Source: an uncultured Gammaproteobacteria bacterium (GTDB lineage Bacteria; Patescibacteriota; Patescibacteriia; Patescibacteriales; JAGXOH01). From it: a stretch of 30,209 nucleotides of DNA. The position numbers and the translations under genes are program-made. The notes under the pieces are model-generated. The model did no database searches. It was not told the DNA's origin and worked only from the letters and a program-made list of their open reading frames with translations. The stretch spans positions 1 to 30,209 of the forward strand of contig CAYRJF010000001.1 of assembly GCA_964424365.1 (NCBI GenBank). The letters run 5' to 3'. Positions 6,480 to 13,320 of the stretch are shown piece after piece (the first letter of the stretch is position 1; every line of letters starts with the position of its first letter).

Positions 6480-7859
6480 ATGACTAAAAAACTTTTCACC
6501 TTTTTTTTAATCTTTAGCTTCTTGCTTGGTGTTTCCGGCTGTCAAATTGGAGCCCCCCAGGAAGATCCTAGAGAAAAAATTAATCTAAATTACTGGAGGC
6601 TGTGGGATGACAGTGCTTCATTCAAAAAAATTATTGAAGAATATGAATCCCAACATCCCAACATCACTATAAACTACCGAAAACTTCGCTATGACAATTA
6701 CAGGGATGCCCTACTCAATGCTATGGCCGAGGATAGAGGGCCGGATATTTTTTCCATACACAACACTTGGATGAAAGAATATAAAAATAAAATCTCCCCT
6801 GCTCCGGAAGAAGTTGAGATGAGCAAGGTAAAAATGGAAGGGACCTTTAAAAAAGAAAAGGTTTTGGTCGTAGAAACTAAAAAGTTAATTACTGTAAGTG
6901 AGCTGGAAAACAAGTTTTTAGATGTGGTTTATGATGATGTAATTTTAAGAAATGACCAAGGAATGGAAAAGATTTATGGACTACCCTTGTCAGTGGACAC
7001 TTTAGCAATGTATTACAACAAAGATCTTTTAAACAATGCCGGTATCGCTGAACCACCTAAATATTGGGATCGCAATTTTCAACAAGCAGTTAAAAAAATA
7101 ACTAAACAAAACAATGAAGGAAGTATAGTTCAGTCCGGGGTGGCCCTGGGAGGAGCTTATAATATTGAGAGGGCAAGTGATCTTCTCTCTATATTAATGC
7201 TTCAAAGTGGCGCCACCATGATGACTGAAGACGGCTCAGTCATGTTTCATTCCGCACCAACCGGAATGGAGGGTTACAACCCCGGCTTAGAGGCCTTGGA
7301 ATTTTATACAGATTTTGCTAATCCTGGTAAAGAAGTATATTGCTGGAATCACTCGCTAAAAAACTCCTTGGAACTTTTTAGTGAGGGAAAGCTCGGCATA
7401 ATGTTTGGGTATGCCTACCACTTACCGTTAATAAAGGCCCGGGCTCCAAAACTAAATTTTAACGTAGTTAAGCTCCCTCAAATTAAGGGCAGAGAAGTTA
7501 ATTTTGCTAATTACTGGGTAGAAACGGTTTCTCAGAAAAGCGAACACAAAGATGCGGCCTGGGATTTTATTCAATTTGCAACAGAAAAAGAACAAGTTGA
7601 GTCCTACTTAAAAAGCTCCAACAAACCAACCGCTTTGCGTTCTTTGGTTAACACTCAGACCGAGGACCAAGAAATCGGTGTTTTTGCTCAACAACTCTTA
7701 ACCAGTCAAAGTTGGTATGAAGGCTATGACGCCCTAGCCGCAGAAGAAGCTTTAAGAAAGATGATTGAGGAAACTAATGCCCGAGAAAATAAGATAGATA
7801 AAATTATGACCAGAGCGGCAAATAAAGTTCAACAAACCACGGAACCTAAATATGAATAA
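6480..7859 (+). CDS. Extracellular solute-binding lipoprotein (sugar-binding family 1-like). Start ATG 6480
   Basis: Signal peptide with lipobox VSGC; F...HPNITINY, GPDIF, YGLPLSVDTLAMYYNKDLL, F..GKLGIMFG, AAWDFIQF. Confidence 0.85.
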   Translation: MTKKLFTFFLIFSFLLGVSGCQIGAPQEDPREKINLNYWRLWDDSASFKKIIEEYESQHPNITINYRKLRYDNYRDALLNAMAEDRGPDIFSIHNTWMKEYKNKISPAPEEVEMSKVKMEGTFKKEKVLVVETKKLITVSELENKFLDVVYDDVILRNDQGMEKIYGLPLSVDTLAMYYNKDLLNNAGIAEPPKYWDRNFQQAVKKITKQNNEGSIVQSGVALGGAYNIERASDLLSILMLQSGATMMTEDGSVMFHSAPTGMEGYNPGLEALEFYTDFANPGKEVYCWNHSLKNSLELFSEGKLGIMFGYAYHLPLIKARAPKLNFNVVKLPQIKGREVNFANYWVETVSQKSEHKDAAWDFIQFATEKEQVESYLKSSNKPTALRSLVNTQTEDQEIGVFAQQLLTSQSWYEGYDALAAEEALRKMIEETNARENKIDKIMTRAANKVQQTTEPKYE

Positions 7860-8283
7860 AATAAAAAAAATAAATTTGATTAAAACGTTTTTTATAGCTG
7901 GATTAATCCTGTTGGGGTTTTTCACACCAGCCAGTCTTGATTTAGAATCAAAAACTTTTCTTTTTAATCAATCTCAAGCCGGGGGCGTGGTTTCCTGTAG
8001 CGGGGCCGGATGTAAATTGAATGATTTTGCTATCACGGCTGTAAAAATCGCTCGTTGGTTGTTGGGGGTCGTGGGATCCTTGGCCTTGTTGATGTTTATT
8101 TACGGAGGTGTTATGCTTCTTATTTCCGGAGGAAACCAACAAAGAGTGGAGCAGGGCAGGCAAATTTTAACTAACGCCGTGATTGGCTTAGTCGTGGTTT
8201 TTTTAACATATATGATTATAAGCTTTGTGGTGGGCGCGCTGGGCGCGGAAATTCAAGACGGATTGCAACTAAAGCTCGGATAG
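7852..8283 (+). CDS. CPR-type VirB2/TrbC-like pilin (T4SS_pilin family)
   Basis: N-terminal signal, C-x4-C-x-L-x-DF, two hydrophobic helices around IYGG.MLLISGGN...VEQGRQILTNAVIGL; overlaps the upstream stop by 8 nt. Confidence 0.85.
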   Translation: MNKIKKINLIKTFFIAGLILLGFFTPASLDLESKTFLFNQSQAGGVVSCSGAGCKLNDFAITAVKIARWLLGVVGSLALLMFIYGGVMLLISGGNQQRVEQGRQILTNAVIGLVVVFLTYMIISFVVGALGAEIQDGLQLKLG

Positions 8284-8478
8284 GGCCTCTACTGACTTAA
8301 GTTAGCCAGGAGACCTGATTTTAAAATTTTTGAAGAATCGAAATTTTAAATTTTTATAACCAAATATTTTTCTTCCCCAGAGTTTTTGTTTCTTTTTTTA
8401 AAAAAGGGGACATAATTTTTCAACGGCTGATAGATTTGAAAAAATAGTGAACACCAGATAAAACAACAAATATAAAAA

Positions 8479-9150
8479 ATGAACGGATTTAAAAAAAACC
8501 GAGTTTGTTATGATTATGAAACTGTGGGCGAACAGTTGTCTTTTAGTCGTCAGAAACAAAACTTAAGCCTAAAAAAGGTCTCTAAAAAACTAAATATAAA
8601 CCCGGAATACCTGGAGGCTCTGGAGTCGGGAAACTACAAAAAACTGCCCGAGGGCGTTTACAGAAAAAAAATCTTAAAAAAATATTGCGAATTTTTGAAA
8701 CTGGACTCAGAAAAAGTTAAAAAAACCTTTTTTAAAGAAAAAGAAGTGATGTCACCGGATTTATCTAAACTGCCGATTCTTAATAAAATCAAAGCTCATA
8801 ATTTTATAATACTCCCCAAATTTATTAAAAATGGACTGATTTTATTGCTAATATTAGTTTGTTTTGGATATTTAGGTTATTACTTGAGCCAAGTTATTTC
8901 ACCGCCCGACCTGTTTATCAAAACCCCTTCAAAAAACAACTTAACCGTCTCGGAAAAACAAATTGAAATTATCGGACAAACTCATCCGGAGGCAAAAGTT
9001 TTTATTAATAACAAAAACATCTTAAAAGAAAACTCAGGAAATTTTTCCCAAAATATTAATCTAAAGGAAGGACTAAATACCATTACAATAAGCGCCAAAA
9101 AAAAATATAGTCGCTTAAATGTTATTAAAAAACAAATAATGGTTCAATAA
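8479..9150 (+). CDS. RodZ-like protein: N-terminal HTH, single TM helix, C-terminal Ig-like domain
   Basis: GEQL...R....LSL..VS.KL.I...YLEALESGNY.KLP..VY....LKKYCEFL.LD; TM GLILLLILVCFGYLGYY; Ig-type L.EGLNTITISA. Confidence 0.8.
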   Translation: MNGFKKNRVCYDYETVGEQLSFSRQKQNLSLKKVSKKLNINPEYLEALESGNYKKLPEGVYRKKILKKYCEFLKLDSEKVKKTFFKEKEVMSPDLSKLPILNKIKAHNFIILPKFIKNGLILLLILVCFGYLGYYLSQVISPPDLFIKTPSKNNLTVSEKQIEIIGQTHPEAKVFINNKNILKENSGNFSQNINLKEGLNTITISAKKKYSRLNVIKKQIMVQ

Positions 9151-9151
9151 T

Positions 9152-9700
9152 ATGAAGACAAACGAAACAAAAGGATTATTAGATATTAATTTAATCTTGG
9201 GCCAAATTAAAATCAGTCAAGGACAAAAAATTGCCGAGTTAGGATCCGGCGCCTCCGGGTACTTTACTTTTCCCCTGGCCCGATCAGTCGGCCCCGAGGG
9301 TAAAGTTTTCGCTCTTGATGTGGTTAAACAAAACTTGCAAATTCTGGAAAAAGAGAAAAAACAAAGAAACCAAAATAACATTGAAACGGTTTGGACTGAT
9401 CTGGAGGTTTACAGAGCCACAGACCTGGAAACAGAGAGCGTAGACAGCGCTTTATTGATTAATACTTTATTTCAAACCGAGGAAAAAAAAGAAGTTTTAA
9501 AAGAGGCCTATCGACTTTTAAAAAAATCCGGCTACCTCTTAATAGTTGAATGGGAAAACAGCGACTCCCCGTTGGGTCCTCCGGCCGAAAAAAGGGTTGA
9601 TTCTGACTACTTAAAGACAGTGGCCGGCAAAATAGGCCTTAAATTAGAAAAAGAGTTTACTGCCGGGGAACATCATTACGGCCTTTTATTTTCTAAATAG
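9152..9700 (+). CDS. Class I SAM-dependent methyltransferase
   Basis: Motif I IAELGSGASG, VFALDV, VDSALLINTL, EAYRLLKKSGYLLIVEW. Confidence 0.85.
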   Translation: MKTNETKGLLDINLILGQIKISQGQKIAELGSGASGYFTFPLARSVGPEGKVFALDVVKQNLQILEKEKKQRNQNNIETVWTDLEVYRATDLETESVDSALLINTLFQTEEKKEVLKEAYRLLKKSGYLLIVEWENSDSPLGPPAEKRVDSDYLKTVAGKIGLKLEKEFTAGEHHYGLLFSK

Positions 9701-9705
9701 CGCCT

Positions 9706-10104
9706 ATGTCAAATCTTTACTCGATTCAATTTTGGTTTAATTTATATCCTCCCAAATTAACCCCCCTATTTAATTATACCTTAATTTTCGCTACAACGTT
9801 TTTTTTACTGGGGGCAATTCTTTTTACTTACCTAAAAAAAAGTAAGGGTGAAAGTAAAAATTTTTATTTAGAGGGTTTTAGAAGACTATACGAATTTTCT
9901 CTCACCCAGGCAATTATTGGATTTCTTTTTATATTTTTTAATTATCAAGCTATTCCCTTTTTTTCCGCTCGATTTTGGTATCTTATCTGGTTTGTCATAA
10001 TTGTTGTTTGGCTTTATCATATTTTTAACTTTTTCAGTCGCAAAATACCGGAAAAAAAGAAAAAAGCGGAGAACGAGGAGAAATATCACAAATATTTACC
10101 CTAA
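9706..10104 (+). CDS. Hypothetical membrane protein (about 3 TM helices)
   Basis: Three hydrophobic segments and a basic C-terminal tail; 5-nt and 1-nt gaps to its neighbours. Confidence 0.75.
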   Translation: MSNLYSIQFWFNLYPPKLTPLFNYTLIFATTFFLLGAILFTYLKKSKGESKNFYLEGFRRLYEFSLTQAIIGFLFIFFNYQAIPFFSARFWYLIWFVIIVVWLYHIFNFFSRKIPEKKKKAENEEKYHKYLP

Positions 10105-10105
10105 T

Positions 10106-10468
10106 ATGGTGGCTTCCAGTCAAAAAATTGGAGTCTTTGGTGAAACACTTGCCAAAGATTTTTTAATACGGAAAGGGTATGCAATCTTACACCAAAATCT
10201 AAAAATTGGATATAAAGAACTGGACATTGTCGCCAAAAAGGGGGATAAAACAGTCTTTATAGAAGTTAAAACAAGAAATTTGAACTCCTATCCCGGCGCA
10301 GATGAATCATTAACTCAAAAACAACTTCAAACTTTGAAAAAAGGGATAAAAAACTACTGTTTTAGCAATAAAATTAATTTAAAAAAAATCAGGGTCGATT
10401 TAATCGCAGTTAATCTAATAAAGCAAGAAAACAAAGCAAATATTAAGCATTTTAAGGATATATTTTAG
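10106..10468 (+). CDS. yraN: YraN family (UPF0102) PD-(D/E)xK nuclease. Start ATG 10106
   Basis: G..GE..A..FL..KGY.IL..N, ELDIVA, VFIEVKTR, RVDLIAV. Confidence 0.92.
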   Translation: MVASSQKIGVFGETLAKDFLIRKGYAILHQNLKIGYKELDIVAKKGDKTVFIEVKTRNLNSYPGADESLTQKQLQTLKKGIKNYCFSNKINLKKIRVDLIAVNLIKQENKANIKHFKDIF

Positions 10469-10520
10469 ATTAAACCTCTTCATTTGCCTAAAAAACAACC
10501 AATATTTAGCACTCTCTCCA

Positions 10521-10586
10521 AGTCCACATTTTTGTGGACTTTCATTTTAATTCTTTCCACGAAAGTCCACAAAAATGTGGACTTTC
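10521..10586. repeat. Pair of AGTCCACA-N4-TGTGGACTTTC palindromes (copies 1 and 2)
   Basis: AGTCCACA-TTTT-TGTGGACTTTC (10521-10543); GAAAGTCCACA-AAAA-TGTGGACTTTC (10561-10586). Confidence 0.9.
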
Positions 10587-10716
10587 GTGAAGAAAGAGCT
10601 CTTACAAAATTAAACAAAAAACAAGGTTTAAGTCCTTGTTTTTAGTGTTTTTAGAGATTTTTTAGGTTTTACATCAAACAAAATTTAATATCCACAGACC
10701 CTTAATTTTTAGTTTG

Positions 10717-10789
10717 TGGACCCGACCGGGCTTGAACCGGTGGCCTCTTGCATGCCATGCAAGCGCTCTGCCAACTGAGCTACGGGCCC
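10717..10789 (-). tRNA. tRNA-Ala(GGC), CCA not encoded
   Basis: Acceptor GGGCCCG/CGGGTCC with G3:U70 identity pair; anticodon arm CTTGC-ATGGCAT-GCAAG; T loop TTCAAGC. Confidence 0.96.
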
Positions 10790-10790
10790 A

Positions 10791-10825
10791 TTTATAATTT
10801 CGATTTTCAATTTTCGAATTATTAA
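10791..10825. repeat. Degenerate 7-bp tandem repeat (5 units)
   Basis: TTTATAA TTTCGAT TTTCAAT TTTCGAA TTATTAA. Confidence 0.65.
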
Positions 10826-11148
10826 ATATTATAAAGATCTATAAGTTGTGTTTTTAAAATAAAAACATTATGAAAATTAATTTTAAAAACTTGCCTTGCT
10901 ATTTTTTTAATAATTTTAACTATTATTTTACTAATATTAGTAAATTTTTATTAAAGTCTGGTTTTTTATTTAGGGGGTTCCTAAGTTTTGGAAAAAAATT
11001 AGCAGCCAGGCAAAAAATTATTTTCATCCCCACCTTTTCTCTTTAGAAAAAAGAAACAAAAACTCGAGGGAGGAAAAATACTTGATTATAAGAATTTGAT
11101 TAGTTCTCGCTTATTTTTTTTAAGCAAAAAGTCTTATTAACTCTTAAT

Positions 11149-11177
11149 ATTCTATTACACTCTTTTTTAAAGGTCAA
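11149..11177 (-). promoter_or_regulatory. Candidate sigma70 promoter pointing toward tRNA-Ala
   Basis: TTGACC (11177-11172), 17 bp, TAGAAT (11154-11149). Confidence 0.5.
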
Positions 11178-11227
11178 GTTGAGTTTCTTAGAATTGTTCT
11201 TAAGTTTAATTTGTTATTCTATCTCTC

Positions 11228-11283
11228 AGTCCACAACACTGTGGACTTTCGTTTTATTTTAGTCCACAGTATTGTGGACTTTC
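11228..11283. repeat. Pair of AGTCCACA-N4-TGTGGACTTTC palindromes (copies 3 and 4)
   Basis: AGTCCACA-ACAC-TGTGGACTTTC (11228-11250); AGTCCACA-GTAT-TGTGGACTTTC (11261-11283). Confidence 0.9.
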
Positions 11284-11289
11284 ATTGGG

Positions 11290-11362
11290 TGTCCCCACCA
11301 TGACTCGAACATGAATCTAGGGCTTAGGAGGCCCTTGTTTTATCCGGTTAAACTATGGGGAC
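11290..11362 (-). tRNA. tRNA-Arg(CCT), CCA not encoded
   Basis: Acceptor GTCCCCA/TGGGGAC, anticodon arm AGGGC-CTCCTAA-GCCCT, T arm CATG-TTCGAGT-CATG. Confidence 0.95.
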
Positions 11363-11379
11363 TTAAATCCAGTGTCTAT

Positions 11380-11422
11380 ATCATATTTTTGCTTTGACAA
11401 AATGTCAAGTCCTAGCTAAAAT
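11380..11422. promoter_or_regulatory. Overlapping divergent sigma70 promoters (tRNA-Arg on minus, bactofilin on plus)
   Basis: Plus: TTGACA 11394-11399, 17 bp, TAAAAT 11417-11422. Minus: TTGACA 11408-11403, 17 bp, TATGAT 11385-11380. Confidence 0.75.
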
Positions 11423-11475
11423 TATAATAGTAGCATCTTCTTTAAATAAAGCAACTTTATTATTCATTTAACTAT

Positions 11476-11883
11476 ATGTTTAAAAAAAATGTGTCAAAGC
11501 GCAATCAACCTAAAAAAATTGAGACCGTAATTGGTCCCAATATAAAAGTTAAGGGAAACTTTAACGGAGAAGGAAACACTGTTATAGAAGGGTCCTTGGA
11601 GGGAAGCTTGAAGACCAACGGAGATGTTTATATCGGAGATAATGCTAAAGTTTTAGCTAACATTAAATCAAAAACTGCTAGAGTCGGGGGGGTGGTTACT
11701 GGAGATATTTACGCCAGCGGACATTTAGAAATTGTTTCCTCAGCTCGCATTTCCGGAAACATTGAGTGCAAGACTCTTTCAGTGGAAAGCGGCTCTCTGT
11801 TAAACGGCCAATGCACTATGTACTCGCAAACCCAGGAGAAAGAAACCAAAAAAGAAGAGGTAAATCCAAAATCAAAAAAATAA
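11476..11883 (+). CDS. Bactofilin (polymer-forming cytoskeletal, CcmA-like)
   Basis: ETVIG....VKG.F......IEG.LEG.L...GDVYIG..AKV.ANI....A.V.G.V.GDI.A...LEI...ARI.GNI....LSVESG....GQC beta-helix repeats. Confidence 0.93.
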   Translation: MFKKNVSKRNQPKKIETVIGPNIKVKGNFNGEGNTVIEGSLEGSLKTNGDVYIGDNAKVLANIKSKTARVGGVVTGDIYASGHLEIVSSARISGNIECKTLSVESGSLLNGQCTMYSQTQEKETKKEEVNPKSKK

Positions 11884-11899
11884 TTTTTCAAAAAATTTT

Positions 11900-12664
11900 A
11901 TGTATGTTTATATCTATGACGGTATTGTTAATAAAAGAAAAAATCGGAAAACTTTAATAAAAATTGAAAAAAAAATTACTGATCTGGGATTAAACGGAAA
12001 AATCGTTCGCTTAGAAGGGATAAAAGACACTGAATCAATTATAAAAAACGAGGTTAGATATCAAGCCAAAACAATCGTGGCCGTGGGGAACGACAGCACC
12101 TTAAACACTGTGATAAATGCCGTTTTAAAACAAAATTTAACCGCCTCCTCTCGGGAATTGCCTGTAATCGCCCTAATTCCACTAGAAGCTTCTAACAATT
12201 TAATTTCCGCCTCATTAGGAATTCAATCTCCGGAAGCGGGTTGTGAGGCCTTGTTATCCAGACGCCTAAAAAATATTAATATAGCTCAAGCAAATCAGGA
12301 ATATTTTTTAACCCAGGCGGAAATCTTGGGTAATTATACTAAGATTCAAATTGAGAAAGATTATTCTATAGAAATAAAAAGGGGTGGAGAAATAAACATC
12401 ATCAACCTGCCTTTAAAAAAAGAGTGGGGTGATTTTTTAAAAATTGAATCTGGAAAAAAGATTCTGAAGCTCTTAATACGCCCTCCCAAAACCACCCGAG
12501 CCAGTTTAATTTCCGAAAGTATTTTTTCTTTAAATAAGCTAACAGTCACTAAAGAAACTAAAAAAATAATTATCGACAACTGTAAAGAAATTGCCGCCCC
12601 GGCAACTATTAAAACCACTGATAAATTTTTGAATTTAATAGTTGGTAAAAATCGTTATTTTTAA
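11900..12664 (+). CDS. Diacylglycerol-kinase-family-like protein with a degenerate catalytic motif
   Basis: TIVAVGNDSTLNTVINA (canonical GGDGT), ALIP....NN...SLGI. Confidence 0.6.
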   Translation: MYVYIYDGIVNKRKNRKTLIKIEKKITDLGLNGKIVRLEGIKDTESIIKNEVRYQAKTIVAVGNDSTLNTVINAVLKQNLTASSRELPVIALIPLEASNNLISASLGIQSPEAGCEALLSRRLKNINIAQANQEYFLTQAEILGNYTKIQIEKDYSIEIKRGGEINIINLPLKKEWGDFLKIESGKKILKLLIRPPKTTRASLISESIFSLNKLTVTKETKKIIIDNCKEIAAPATIKTTDKFLNLIVGKNRYF

Positions 12665-13320
12665 CTCTTGTTCTGGACTGGCTCAGCAACAACCACCAAC
12701 CTCTGCTTTTCAGAAAAAACAGGATGGCAGGTAAATAAGGTTAGTTTTTCTTCTTCAGAGGGTTTTAAAATGCTTAAGTCCTCAGCTTCCACCAAAAAAC
12801 TTCTTTTAACCTGATAAACATATTTTTCCTCTTGATAATAAACCATTATCCGATCTCCTGGTTCTAGTTTATCCAGGAAATAAAAAGTCAGGTTGTGGGG
12901 TGGTAAATATTTAAACCTGTGAGCAGTTATAATAGTATTTCCCCGCCTACCGGGACGGCTTCCTTGTGGCAATAACCAAGCCCCTTGGGAAAGCCCTGTG
13001 GCAGAATTTTGGCTTTCTGAGAGGGGAGTGTTGACATTGATCAAGGGTATAATTATCCTATTTTTTACTTTTAAGCTTTGCCCTAAAACACCCTGTTTGT
13101 TTGTCTGTTCAAGACTCAAAGGATCGTCCTGTCCTTGAAAAATATTGTCAATTTTTTGAACTGATCTTTGGTGCCTGAATAATTGCAAATAAGACTTTAA
13201 CTTAGGATAAACCGGTAAAAAAACCAGGTATAAAATTACCAATAAACCGCCCAAAATCAAAATTTGGGAAAAAGATTTTAAAATTAAATCTTTGGCTTCC
13301 TTTTTTTTAAGCTCGCGCAT
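12661..13320 (-). CDS. Sortase (class E/D-like)
   Basis: N-terminal TM; IIIPLINV, G..PG..GNTIITAHR, L.PGD.I, LTLFTCHP, QRLVVVA; His-Cys-Arg triad intact. Confidence 0.93.
   Translation of the reverse strand: MRELKKKEAKDLILKSFSQILILGGLLVILYLVFLPVYPKLKSYLQLFRHQRSVQKIDNIFQGQDDPLSLEQTNKQGVLGQSLKVKNRIIIPLINVNTPLSESQNSATGLSQGAWLLPQGSRPGRRGNTIITAHRFKYLPPHNLTFYFLDKLEPGDRIMVYYQEEKYVYQVKRSFLVEAEDLSILKPSEEEKLTLFTCHPVFSEKQRLVVVAEPVQNKS

Noticed and set aside
10001-10105. N-terminal 35 aa of the ORF-track YraN
   Set aside because: It overlaps the upstream membrane-protein gene; the family start is ATG 10106.
10870-11046. 58-aa plus-strand ORF (MKINFKNLPCYFF...) and an overlapping hydrophobic frame (CLAIFLIILTIILLILVNFY) as a frameshifted or TGA-recoded gene
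   Set aside because: Extreme AT content makes F/I/L/N-rich frames expected. TGA is a true stop here (cmk, comM), so code 25 does not apply.
10521-11283. CRISPR array interpretation of the palindromic repeats
   Set aside because: The spacings are irregular (17 bp, about 640 bp, 10 bp), the loops vary, there are no unique 30-40-bp spacers, and no cas genes are present.
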